From assembly GCA_043825875.1 (NCBI GenBank), contig JBDRRF010000066.1:1-64000 (forward strand): 64,000 bases of DNA. The letters are read 5' to 3'. The notes below the pieces were generated by a model that had not been told where the DNA came from, searched no databases, and saw nothing but the letters and a program-made list of their open reading frames with translations. Every line of letters starts with the position of its first letter. Within the stretch, counting starts at the first letter, position 1. The stretch is from Pseudomonadota bacterium (GTDB lineage Bacteria; Desulfobacterota; Desulfobacteria; Desulfobacterales; RPRI01). Shown piece after piece: positions 9,203-17,745 of this stretch. The position numbers and the translations under genes were made by a program.

Positions 9203-11332
9203 ATGGAGGCAAGCATGAAAACAAGTAAATTCGCCCGTAAAACCGGCAAAGTATTTATTCCAAGTGCAAAAAAATTCACGCCCAATCAGAAACCAATTCA
9301 ACCGGACATCATTGATAGAAATAATTTATCGGTCAATGAACTGGTTAATCCGCAAACTCTACATCCATACAAGTTTTGTCATACAAATCTTAAGCAAGGA
9401 TGTTATTCCATTTCAATAACAACAAGTTCTATGACTTTTTTAAACCGGGGATGGCGTGGCACGATTCGTGTTGAAAAGGCAGATGACGGAATCTGTATTT
9501 CGGGTGACCTATATACAGTAAGGCGATATATGGTTATGAGTAAAAAAGTCCTTGCCGGTACAAAAGAGTATAAATTGGCAAAACCCGAACTAAGAAATAT
9601 TGAACTTCTCTATGAAAACAGATTATTTTCGGAATATCCGGTTTTTAAAAAGAAGATCCCTGTTTATTCCCGGCGCAGTTATTATGCTTTCCTTTTAGGA
9701 ACATCGGCACAGCTATATGCTATATCACACAATAATAATCCATGTTCTTTCAACCTTGATTTTGATCTGTACGAATTTGATCATGATGATACCGGTTATG
9801 AAGGCACATACCCAAATGCCCCTACAAAGGCAATCCGGCTTGTTCTTCAGCACACAGATATCGATAATCGCTATACCGGAAAAATGTTCGAAGGCGAAAC
9901 TGAACTCGGCACGGTAACTATGGAATGGGTTTCAAGCTATTTCCGAAAGGCTTATTTGGACATCCATACCCTGCAAGGAGCACAACCACCTCAAGGTGTT
10001 GATGATCCGGATAGTACTGACACAGAAACTTTCAGGACCATTTTTGCTACCGCAGGTTGGGACTTGTCTGCTTCATACAAAACACCTGACATTACTATTC
10101 CGGCCAGCCTTGCCGGTATCCAGGCCTCTGCTGATTGCTGGAATCGCGAAAATTCCCATGAATTACTCGAAACTGTGTCGACTTACGATCCAGCAGTTTT
10201 AGATAAAAAATGGAAAGTACATCTCATAGCAATTGAAGGAAGGCTTGGATGCAGCCGGGGAAGAATGTTTGATAATGAGATTGATGCTGCCGACATAGGC
10301 GATGTCAATAATGTAGCACGTGAAGGCGCAGTTACATACAGTGATGATGGTTACAATCATGCAAATTTTGGTGACAATGAAAATGATTTGCAAAAAGATA
10401 CGCCGCGGGCATTTATTCGTAGTGCCGCCCATGAAGTTGGACATGCTTTTAATATGATCCATCAACATGACGAAGCCGTTAACGATAATTCTATAATGAC
10501 AGTATCACCAGGTGTGGCAGGTGTATTAAATGCTGACGGGCTTGATTTTCCGGAAGATATTGATCTTTCATTTAACGCGCTTTGTCGTCATCACCTGATT
10601 CATCGCCCTGATCCGTGGGTACGTCCCGGTGCGCTTGAGTTCACCGGAAGTTTAGTCGGCACTCCCGAAGCAGATGATGTTTATTTTTATGATTCTTCGC
10701 AACTAAAGATGGAGCTTACCCTGTCTGGTAAAAATATAAAACTGGGAGAAATACTTAAAATCTCCTGGAAAATTACCAATACATCAAAGAATCCCATTGA
10801 TTTTCCTGAGCGAGTAACCGACAGTTCCTTTACTGCCCGCGTCAGTATTACCTATCCCGATGGCTCGATAAGATTTGTTCGCCCGGTAGATGTGAATGCC
10901 GACATTGATAATCCGCTTATACCGTTAAACTCCGGCCAATCCCGCACATCTGAAACAACATTATTTTGGAATAAAAAAGGGTTTGCTTTCACCAATCCTG
11001 GAAAACATATCATTGAAGTAAATATTTTGTGGGCTGATGAAGGGTACCATTCATGCGTTAATGCATCTGAAGATATCTGGGTAGATTACCCTGTAACAGC
11101 TAATGAAAATGAAGTCGCCTCGCTTATTCTGCATAAAGATGTCGGACGGTATGTTGCGCTAAAAGGCAGAAAGCCTATCAAAGAGGCAATACAACGAATC
11201 GAAAAAGTAATCTCCAACTATAAAACACACCCTGCAAGCGGGGCGCTTAAAGATATTCCCGGACACCGCTATTCGCTGGTCAAGCTGCCGGCAAAAACGA
11301 AAGTAATTAAGCCGGTTTCAAAAAAACAATAA
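9203..11332 (+). CDS. Uncharacterised metzincin-like zinc metallopeptidase with C-terminal beta-sandwich
   Basis: AHEVGHAFNMIH (HExxHxxxxxH) followed by Met-turn SIMT; start may be the second Met (9215). Confidence 0.7.
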   Translation: MEASMKTSKFARKTGKVFIPSAKKFTPNQKPIQPDIIDRNNLSVNELVNPQTLHPYKFCHTNLKQGCYSISITTSSMTFLNRGWRGTIRVEKADDGICISGDLYTVRRYMVMSKKVLAGTKEYKLAKPELRNIELLYENRLFSEYPVFKKKIPVYSRRSYYAFLLGTSAQLYAISHNNNPCSFNLDFDLYEFDHDDTGYEGTYPNAPTKAIRLVLQHTDIDNRYTGKMFEGETELGTVTMEWVSSYFRKAYLDIHTLQGAQPPQGVDDPDSTDTETFRTIFATAGWDLSASYKTPDITIPASLAGIQASADCWNRENSHELLETVSTYDPAVLDKKWKVHLIAIEGRLGCSRGRMFDNEIDAADIGDVNNVAREGAVTYSDDGYNHANFGDNENDLQKDTPRAFIRSAAHEVGHAFNMIHQHDEAVNDNSIMTVSPGVAGVLNADGLDFPEDIDLSFNALCRHHLIHRPDPWVRPGALEFTGSLVGTPEADDVYFYDSSQLKMELTLSGKNIKLGEILKISWKITNTSKNPIDFPERVTDSSFTARVSITYPDGSIRFVRPVDVNADIDNPLIPLNSGQSRTSETTLFWNKKGFAFTNPGKHIIEVNILWADEGYHSCVNASEDIWVDYPVTANENEVASLILHKDVGRYVALKGRKPIKEAIQRIEKVISNYKTHPASGALKDIPGHRYSLVKLPAKTKVIKPVSKKQ

Positions 11333-11351
11333 AAGAAATTAAGAACAAATA

Positions 11352-11384
11352 GTCAGTACCACCGGCTTAGCCGATGGTACTGAC
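11352..11384 (+). terminator. Stem-loop after peptidase gene
   Basis: GTCAGTACCA-CCGGCTTAGCCGA-TGGTACTGAC inverted repeat; no clear U-tract. Confidence 0.6.
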
Positions 11385-11509
11385 ATATATACTATCCTTA
11401 AGCATTCTACGCACAATCTATAATTTCTTTAGACACTGATCTACTAACAGGGTAACCACATTTAGCTTTTTCATACACTCTGTTTGGGTCAACATTAAGT
11501 ATGTTGAGA

Positions 11510-11660
11510 AAATATATTATTGCAAAAATTCACTTAATAGATTATATACCATCCTAATTTAATTTGATAAAGCAACATCAAGTCTTCCGTAACTAAACAA
11601 AAACAGTTAATACTAATTCTTCCAATCTTTCTGAATATCACTGGATATCACGCAGAATAC
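11510..11660 (+). repeat. ~150-bp AT-rich direct repeat, copy A
   Basis: Aligns by eye with 12559-12700 (aatatattattgcaaa...cttaatagattatatacc...ctaatttaatttgataaag...caatctttctg.atatca). Confidence 0.85.
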
Positions 11661-11768
11661 GGAGACACCCTATGCTTTATAATTACTTGATTAAGTGTAC
11701 ATTTCCGCATCATCGTTCTGCGGTTTGTAAATCCTTTAAACATCTGAAATAAGGAGGATTATAATATT

Positions 11769-12398
11769 ATGCGTATCACCATATCCCTTATAATTATTGC
11801 AGTTATGGGTATCATCGCCTGGAAAAAAGGTTTTAGGCCGTGGTTATGGATTCTTGCAGGAGGTATACCTGGTCTTATCATTTTGGCATTTATGCCGTCT
11901 GCCACAGTCGATGGACTTGATGAAGCAATACGGGAAAGACGACGTAAAGCGGGAAATCTTGTAGGCACTATCTTTTCTTCAATTGCCATCATTCTCGCCA
12001 TAACGGTGGTCATACTTTTATTTACAGTTAAAGATATTCAATTTCTGCTTAATTTAATGTATGCATCTCTCGCTCGTTTACCCTGGATTATAGCTTGCCT
12101 TGTAGCCTTTGCGTTTATCATCGTGCATTGGCATAAATCTCCAAAAGCATCGTTATGGGCTGCAAGAGGAGTAGGGTTGGTACTGATCTGCCAGCTCATT
12201 GGCTCTGCCAGCACCCAGTTCGTTTTCTACGCAATGAAAAATTTCGAAATAGCAAAATCAGAAATTGCGATGATGAATGCAATTATAGGGGTAGCATTGA
12301 CGTTGTTAAGTATATTAGCCTGCTCGTTTCTGATAGTTGGAGTATATTCCGACCGAAAAACTGAGTCTGTGATTCCTGTGAATAGTATATCACCGTAG
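11769..12398 (+). CDS. Hypothetical multi-pass membrane protein
   Basis: About 6 hydrophobic segments; AGGAGG RBS upstream. Confidence 0.7.
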   Translation: MRITISLIIIAVMGIIAWKKGFRPWLWILAGGIPGLIILAFMPSATVDGLDEAIRERRRKAGNLVGTIFSSIAIILAITVVILLFTVKDIQFLLNLMYASLARLPWIIACLVAFAFIIVHWHKSPKASLWAARGVGLVLICQLIGSASTQFVFYAMKNFEIAKSEIAMMNAIIGVALTLLSILACSFLIVGVYSDRKTESVIPVNSISP

Positions 12399-12558
12399 AG
12401 AAATAAAACATTCACGGCATAGAAAGTGTTGCTGTGGCTGGCCTCAAGAACAGTTTTGAATCCATTAGCCATATAATCTTTCCTTACAATGAAGAAAGGA
12501 TAAGTGACATTGTTCTTTCTATGCTTGTTGATAAATATCTTATTATACTGGCATTTAC

Positions 12559-12700
12559 AAATATATTATTGCAAATATTAACTTAATAGATTATATACCT
12601 TACTAATTTAATTTGATAAAGTAACATTAAGCTTTGCGTAACTATACAAAAATAGTTTAATAATAATGCATTCAATCTTTCTGGATATCATGCTGAATGT
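12559..12700 (+). repeat. ~140-bp AT-rich direct repeat, copy B
   Basis: Diverged copy of 11510-11660. Confidence 0.85.
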
Positions 12701-12749
12701 GGTGATATTCAAGCCTGTATAACCTTGTTACGTGTGATCAAATTTCTTA

Positions 12750-12962
12750 ATGGAAGAGATGGGGAAGTTGATGGCAATGTTCGCTGAAGACAGTGGCTTC
12801 GGCGATCCAGAGGCACGGCAAAATGCTGAGCTACGCATCTATCTTTTTCTGTCTCAACAGCAGAGCAAGAATTCCAGCCAACTCAACTTGCTGATGTTAT
12901 TACTTGTGGTTGTCGGACTGCTCAATGCAGTTGTACTCGCATCTCAAGTTTGGGGTAATTGA
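12750..12962 (+). CDS. Small hypothetical protein with C-terminal TM helix (possibly a fragment)
   Basis: 70-aa ORF ending LLMLLLVVVGLLNAVVLA; weak RBS. Confidence 0.4.
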   Translation: MEEMGKLMAMFAEDSGFGDPEARQNAELRIYLFLSQQQSKNSSQLNLLMLLLVVVGLLNAVVLASQVWGN

Positions 12963-13014
12963 GCCTTACATTCTTTTAAGATCGTAATACCTATCCTGGT
13001 ATAAATAAATACTC

Positions 13015-13045
13015 TTGACATTTATAAACAATTTGTTTATAAACT
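13015..13045 (+). promoter_or_regulatory. higBA sigma-70 promoter with overlapping palindromic operator
   Basis: TTGACA (13015-20), 17-bp spacer, TATAAA (13038-43); palindrome TTTATAAACAA-T-TTGTTTATAAA (13021-43). Confidence 0.75.
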
Positions 13046-13049
13046 TACT

Positions 13050-13331
13050 ATGATTCAAACTTTTGCTTCATCCGAAACGGAACGCTTCTTTGCTACCGGA
13101 AAATCGCGCCGCTTGCCGCAGGATATACTCAAACGTGCAGCGATGCGCTTGACACAGTTGGACGGCGCCATACGCCTCGAAGACTTGCGGGCTCCCCCTT
13201 CTAACAGACTTGAGGCTCTAGTTCATGATCGTGCTGGTCAATGGAGTATTCGCATTAACGATCAATGGCGTATCTGCTTCCGCTTTAAAAACGGAGACGC
13301 ATATGACGTTGAAATTGTCGATTATCACTAA
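13050..13331 (+). CDS. higB: HigB (RelE-like) toxin
   Basis: PPSNRLEAL...GQWSIRINDQWRICF...EIVDYH. Confidence 0.93.
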   Translation: MIQTFASSETERFFATGKSRRLPQDILKRAAMRLTQLDGAIRLEDLRAPPSNRLEALVHDRAGQWSIRINDQWRICFRFKNGDAYDVEIVDYH

Positions 13332-13344
13332 AGGAGAAAATATT

Positions 13345-13641
13345 ATGGTTAAAAATGGTTTGCCTGCAATTCATCCGGGAGAATTTCTGGCTGAAATCAT
13401 AGGAGAGATGGACATATCGCAAGCTGCGTTCGCGCGCGCTATCGGGGTATCACCCATGCGGATTTCGCATGTTATCAAGGGCGATCGTCCGGTGACGGCG
13501 GAACTGGCATTACTTATTGGACGTGCGTTCAACCAGTCACCGCAATATTGGCTCAATCTTCAGGCGTCTTACGATTTAAAAATCGCGGAGATCAATATCG
13601 GAAAACGCCTCACTAATGTCCATTCATTAACGCATGCTTAA
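13345..13641 (+). CDS. higA: HigA antitoxin (HTH XRE)
   Basis: IHPGEFL...YWLNLQASYDL; true start MVKNG after AAGGAG. Confidence 0.93.
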   Translation: MVKNGLPAIHPGEFLAEIIGEMDISQAAFARAIGVSPMRISHVIKGDRPVTAELALLIGRAFNQSPQYWLNLQASYDLKIAEINIGKRLTNVHSLTHA

Positions 13642-13884
13642 TTGCCTATTGAGCAATATCTGCGAATTCTATCAACCAGGGGTAGTATTAGGGTATTAAA
13701 CTATTAAACTTAATTATATTGCAAATAAGATACAGAGTAATCGCATGCTAAAAGGTCGTGCCAATAGAATTAAAAAGAGAATAATAAATATTTAAGATGC
13801 AACCCTAATATGTTCAGAAAGACAAAGAAGGAGCTTGCAGGGGGAAAATCCGGGAGTATGCAAAGGAAGACAAGGAAGGAGATT

Positions 13885-14901
13885 ATGATAGACTACAGTG
13901 AATTGACCGCCCGTGAGCTGCTGTCGTGCATGGCGCTGGGTAAAGCCCTTACTTCCGAGCTGCGCTCTGAAGAGCTTTTCAGCATAATCCTCCATAAAAT
14001 CTCTGAATTCCTTCCGGCTGAGAATTGGTCATTGCTCCTTTTAGATGAGGCAGCAGGAGAACTTCGTTTTGAGGTGAGTGTTAATCTTAATCTTGAACAG
14101 GTGAACAATGTATGCTTGCCCCTTGGACAAGGAATTGCGGGAAAAGTGGCGCTGGAGCAAACGCCCATGGTCGTTGATAATACGATAAAATGTGAGTTTT
14201 TCTCGCCCCGGGTGGATCAAATCACGGGATGCTGCACAAGGTCCATTATCTGTGTCCCTCTTATTTTCGGCGGAAAAACTGTGGGAGTCATTGAAGTCGT
14301 GAATCCCAAAAGCTTAAAAGGTGATCCACTTCCGCTCCTTTCCATCATTGCGGATTACGCTGCCATCGCCGTCGAAAACATGCGCCGCTATCGCGAAATC
14401 CAAAATCTTGCGAGCCATGATGATTTGACAGGCCTTTACAATACGCGGCACCTGTATAGAGTCCTCGGCAGCCTTGTCAGAACGGCCGAGGAGACTAGGG
14501 GCACCTTCTCTCTGATTTTTATGGACATCGATCACTTCAAGAAGGTCGTGGACACTTACGGCCATCTCAAAGGCAGCCAGGCCATTCAAGAGGTCGCCGG
14601 AACCATCCGGGAGTGCCTTTCCGAACCGTCATTTGGCGTGGCCTATGGAGGGGATGAGTTCGTTGCTGTGTTACAGGGCTTTGATAAGGCACAAGCATTA
14701 AAAAAAGCTGAGGAGATCCGCTCCAGGATGAAGCAGACCATTTACCTCGCCAGCCAGGGCCATCTTCTGCGTCTGAACGCGAGCTTCGGCATCGCAACCT
14801 TTCCCGATGATGCCGACGATGTGACCGGTCTTCTTGCTCTTGCCGATCGCGCGATGTTCAACGTCAAAGAAGGAGGGAAAGACGCTATCAAGTTGGCCTA
14901 A
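13885..14901 (+). CDS. GAF-GGDEF diguanylate cyclase
   Basis: GAF domain (GQGIAG...SIICVPL), DDLTGLYN, DIDHFKKV, GGDEF, ADRAM. Start chosen after GGAG; the ORF extends upstream to 13810. Confidence 0.88.
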   Translation: MIDYSELTARELLSCMALGKALTSELRSEELFSIILHKISEFLPAENWSLLLLDEAAGELRFEVSVNLNLEQVNNVCLPLGQGIAGKVALEQTPMVVDNTIKCEFFSPRVDQITGCCTRSIICVPLIFGGKTVGVIEVVNPKSLKGDPLPLLSIIADYAAIAVENMRRYREIQNLASHDDLTGLYNTRHLYRVLGSLVRTAEETRGTFSLIFMDIDHFKKVVDTYGHLKGSQAIQEVAGTIRECLSEPSFGVAYGGDEFVAVLQGFDKAQALKKAEEIRSRMKQTIYLASQGHLLRLNASFGIATFPDDADDVTGLLALADRAMFNVKEGGKDAIKLA

Positions 14902-15042
14902 TGGCTTGAAACTCAAGGGAGTAGAGAAACGGGAACAGGAGAATTATACTTGTCAACCTTAACTTCAAAAAGCTAATCTGGTAGCTAAAACTACTGCTTT
15001 TCATAATTTCGGCATCATATCGACCGAGAAAATATGCTGTAA

Positions 15043-15124
15043 TGTCATTTCGAGGCAATAGCCGAGAAATCTTGAAACTCACAACTGTATTTAAAAAAGA
15101 TTCCCAGCTTCGCTCGAAATAACA
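15043..15124. repeat. REP/REPIN-like palindromic element
   Basis: Inverted ends TGTCATTTCGAG...CTCGAAATAACA with internal GAGAAATCT/AGATTCC and CTTCGCTC motifs. Confidence 0.6.
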
Positions 15125-15190
15125 AATGAGTCGATACTCCTATTTTTTTGCGAACTGGGGTTTGGGCAACAACCCGTTACTTATAAACTA

Positions 15191-15218
15191 TTGACAATAT
15201 TTTTTATTTATATAGACT
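15191..15218 (+). promoter_or_regulatory. Putative sigma-70 promoter for the small ORF and rsgA
   Basis: TTGACA-N16-TAGACT. Confidence 0.45.
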
Positions 15219-15405
15219 AATACATATTAGTATTTCTATTTGAACAGAGCATTTCCAAGGCAAATAGACAAAATAGATCAACGTCAGTTATGCTGCATAT
15301 TTTATTCTCAAATAAAGACGTTGCGGACATCTAAAGATTGTACAGATTGTACTCGACGACGCCATACACGGCGGGGAAAAACTTACAATATGAAAGGAGC
15401 GAGCA

Positions 15406-15519
15406 ATGGGAGACAAGGGTGGCAAGAAAGATAAAGACAAGAGCAAGAAACAAAATACTAAGAAACATAACCAAAAGGTCAAAGAAGCGAAGGATAAGCA
15501 ACCGCAAAGATCCGTATAA
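15406..15519 (+). CDS. Uncalled 37-aa Lys-rich protein MGDKGGKKDKDKSKKQNTKKHNQKVKEAKDKQPQRSV
   Basis: Manual translation; AAAGGAG RBS upstream; below the ORF-track size cutoff. Confidence 0.7.
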   Translation: MGDKGGKKDKDKSKKQNTKKHNQKVKEAKDKQPQRSV

Positions 15520-15593
15520 GGGCGCCCCATAAACACATACACATACATGAGAGAATGGATACACATAAAGACTGAAAACCGGAAATTACTTCC

Positions 15594-16655
15594 ATGGAAT
15601 TAGTCGAACTTGGTTTTGACCTTTGGTTTAAAGACCAGGCCAGTGAACTATGTGAACCTGAACAGCGAATTGCACGGGTAACGGCGGTTGATCGAGGCTG
15701 GTATACCGTCAGGAATGAGCAGGGAGAAGTACCTGCCAAGGCAACCGGCAAATTCATGTATTCTATAAAATCGACAATTGATATGCCTTGCGTCGGTGAT
15801 TGGGTCTGTGTGGATTACCACGATACTGATAATTTCGCGAGCATCCATAAGATGCTGCCAAGGAAATCGTTTCTGCGTCGTAAATCTGCCGGGAAAAACA
15901 TTGAGTTTCAGATGATAGCAGCAAATGTTGATTTAGCCTTCATTGTTCAATCGTGTCATTATGATTTTAATGTGAGCAGGCTTGAACGCTATCTGGTGAT
16001 GGCGAATGAAGGTTGTGTTGAACCATTGCTAATTCTGACCAAAACAGATTTGGTCAGTGCAGATGAACTGGAACAATTAATCTCAGAAATTACTGATATT
16101 GGGATTAACGCCAGGATTATTGCTATCAGCAATGTAACCGGAGCCGGTTTAGACCAGGTCAAAGAAATTATGAGCTTTGGAAAAACACACTGTATAGTTG
16201 GTTCCTCAGGAGTTGGTAAGTCTACGCTAATCAACCAACTCACCGGCCATGACACATTGAAAACAAGAACGGTAAGTACTTCCGGAGAAGGACGACATAC
16301 GACTTCTCGCCGTCAGCTTATTGTTCTTGAGCAGGGCGCAATGTTAATAGATACGCCGGGAATGCGAGAAGTAGGCGTTTTGGGTGCTATTGAAGGAATA
16401 GATGACAACTTCGATGATATCCAGGAATTATCAGTGAATTGCCGATTCACCAATTGCGGCCACACGAATGAACCTGAATGCGCAGTTTTGAAGGCAATTG
16501 AAGGCGGCAAACTACAGCAGGAACGCTATGAGAATTATTTCACGCTCAAGAAAGAGTCAGAGTTTAACGAGATGTCATATACTGATAAACGGAAAAAAGG
16601 AAAAGCATTTGGAAAAGATGTTAACTCTGTAATGAAACATAAGGATAACCCCTGA
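15594..16655 (+). CDS. rsgA: Ribosome small-subunit-dependent GTPase A
   Basis: VGDWV, AANVD, TKTD, GSSGVGKSTLIN, GRHTT, DTPG, CRFTNCGHTNEPEC zinc site. Confidence 0.95.
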   Translation: MELVELGFDLWFKDQASELCEPEQRIARVTAVDRGWYTVRNEQGEVPAKATGKFMYSIKSTIDMPCVGDWVCVDYHDTDNFASIHKMLPRKSFLRRKSAGKNIEFQMIAANVDLAFIVQSCHYDFNVSRLERYLVMANEGCVEPLLILTKTDLVSADELEQLISEITDIGINARIIAISNVTGAGLDQVKEIMSFGKTHCIVGSSGVGKSTLINQLTGHDTLKTRTVSTSGEGRHTTSRRQLIVLEQGAMLIDTPGMREVGVLGAIEGIDDNFDDIQELSVNCRFTNCGHTNEPECAVLKAIEGGKLQQERYENYFTLKKESEFNEMSYTDKRKKGKAFGKDVNSVMKHKDNP

Positions 16656-16738
16656 ATAAGAAAAGATCTTCATCAAGTTCCTTCCAGCCGAAACTAAAAA
16701 GTGCATTTGCTGTATTTCATTGTATATCATTTATTATT

Positions 16739-17635
16739 TCATCTTACAGGCCAGAGATAAAATTCCGATAATGGTTTATATCCCACTCCTATTATACCGT
16801 CTATCAAATATAAAACCCACGCGTAATCAACATCATACATACTTGTTGTTGAAGACCAGTAGAAATCCTGAACATCATTAAAAAGATGCTCAACCGGTAA
16901 TGCCGGCGAATGTTGACTTAAATCTATTAAGCTTTCTAATTCAAGAATATTTGGAACCCGCCAATCATTGTAACCATATTTACTTTCCATGTTCATTTCT
17001 ATCACTAAAGTAAAAACAGACTTCCAAGCTACTGCGTTTTTATTTAAATTTGCATCCTTCATCCATGTTAGATTAGTAGCATTGTCATATATAAAATTAG
17101 TATTTTCTGTAAAACGTTGTTTGCCGTAACTCAGGCCGGAGCAGTATTCACCGTCTTGCCCCGTATTATTACAATCTATAATAACTCCGCTTTCATCAAA
17201 ACAATTCTTTTGTCCTGTTTGAAATACCCTGCTTTTGTTATGATTGTCTGCAATGCGAACCGGCCAGACCATATACGAACCGTATTTCATTCCTTTAAAT
17301 ACTCTTGCTCCACCTAAATGAATGTACCATGCCTGGTTTGGCAACCTGGCGCAAGTTGAAGATGTCCAGTAGTATCCGGGGAATACATTAATAAAAGGGT
17401 GACCGGCGGGAATACTTGGATTAATCATTTCATGGCTTATCAGGCTGAACAATTCTTTACGATTCGGAAGCCTCCAGTCGTTATAACCATAAAGTCCTGA
17501 AAGATTGGTTTCTTTAATAGTATTTAATGCTTCTTCCCAGCTCATAGGAAAATCAAATAAAGAAGCATTTTTTGCCCACATCAAACCTGTATAAGTATCA
17601 ACTACAGTTTCATTTTCTGCTGAAAAACGGCTCAT
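16739..17635 (-). CDS. Lcl/DUF1566 tandem-domain protein
   Basis: Two repeats of D..TGLMW...GYNDWR(L/V)PN..EL.SL...YW(T/S)S...WPVR. Confidence 0.88.
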   Translation of the reverse strand: MSRFSAENETVVDTYTGLMWAKNASLFDFPMSWEEALNTIKETNLSGLYGYNDWRLPNRKELFSLISHEMINPSIPAGHPFINVFPGYYWTSSTCARLPNQAWYIHLGGARVFKGMKYGSYMVWPVRIADNHNKSRVFQTGQKNCFDESGVIIDCNNTGQDGEYCSGLSYGKQRFTENTNFIYDNATNLTWMKDANLNKNAVAWKSVFTLVIEMNMESKYGYNDWRVPNILELESLIDLSQHSPALPVEHLFNDVQDFYWSSTTSMYDVDYAWVLYLIDGIIGVGYKPLSEFYLWPVR

Positions 17636-17745
17636 AAGTTCAAAAGTTTGTCAGGAAAAAGACATCGCATATTATTATAGGTTTAAACAAACGGGAGAAA
17701 AATTATATGAAAGATTTTGGTGATTACTATTTAAAATCAGGTTCT

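Noticed and set aside
11510..12700. Direct repeats as a CRISPR array or integron attC sites
   Set aside because: Only two long diverged copies 1 kb apart, no attC-like palindrome, no cas or intI gene.
13225..13344. N-terminal extension of HigA in the ORF track (similar over-extensions at 25266, 38360, 51478, 58111)
   Set aside because: The extensions overlap upstream genes or precede the RBS and family start; downstream Met chosen.
13745..13764. Minus-strand TGGCACG resembling a sigma-54 promoter
   Set aside because: GG-to-GC spacing is 2 bp too long and no gene is suitably oriented.
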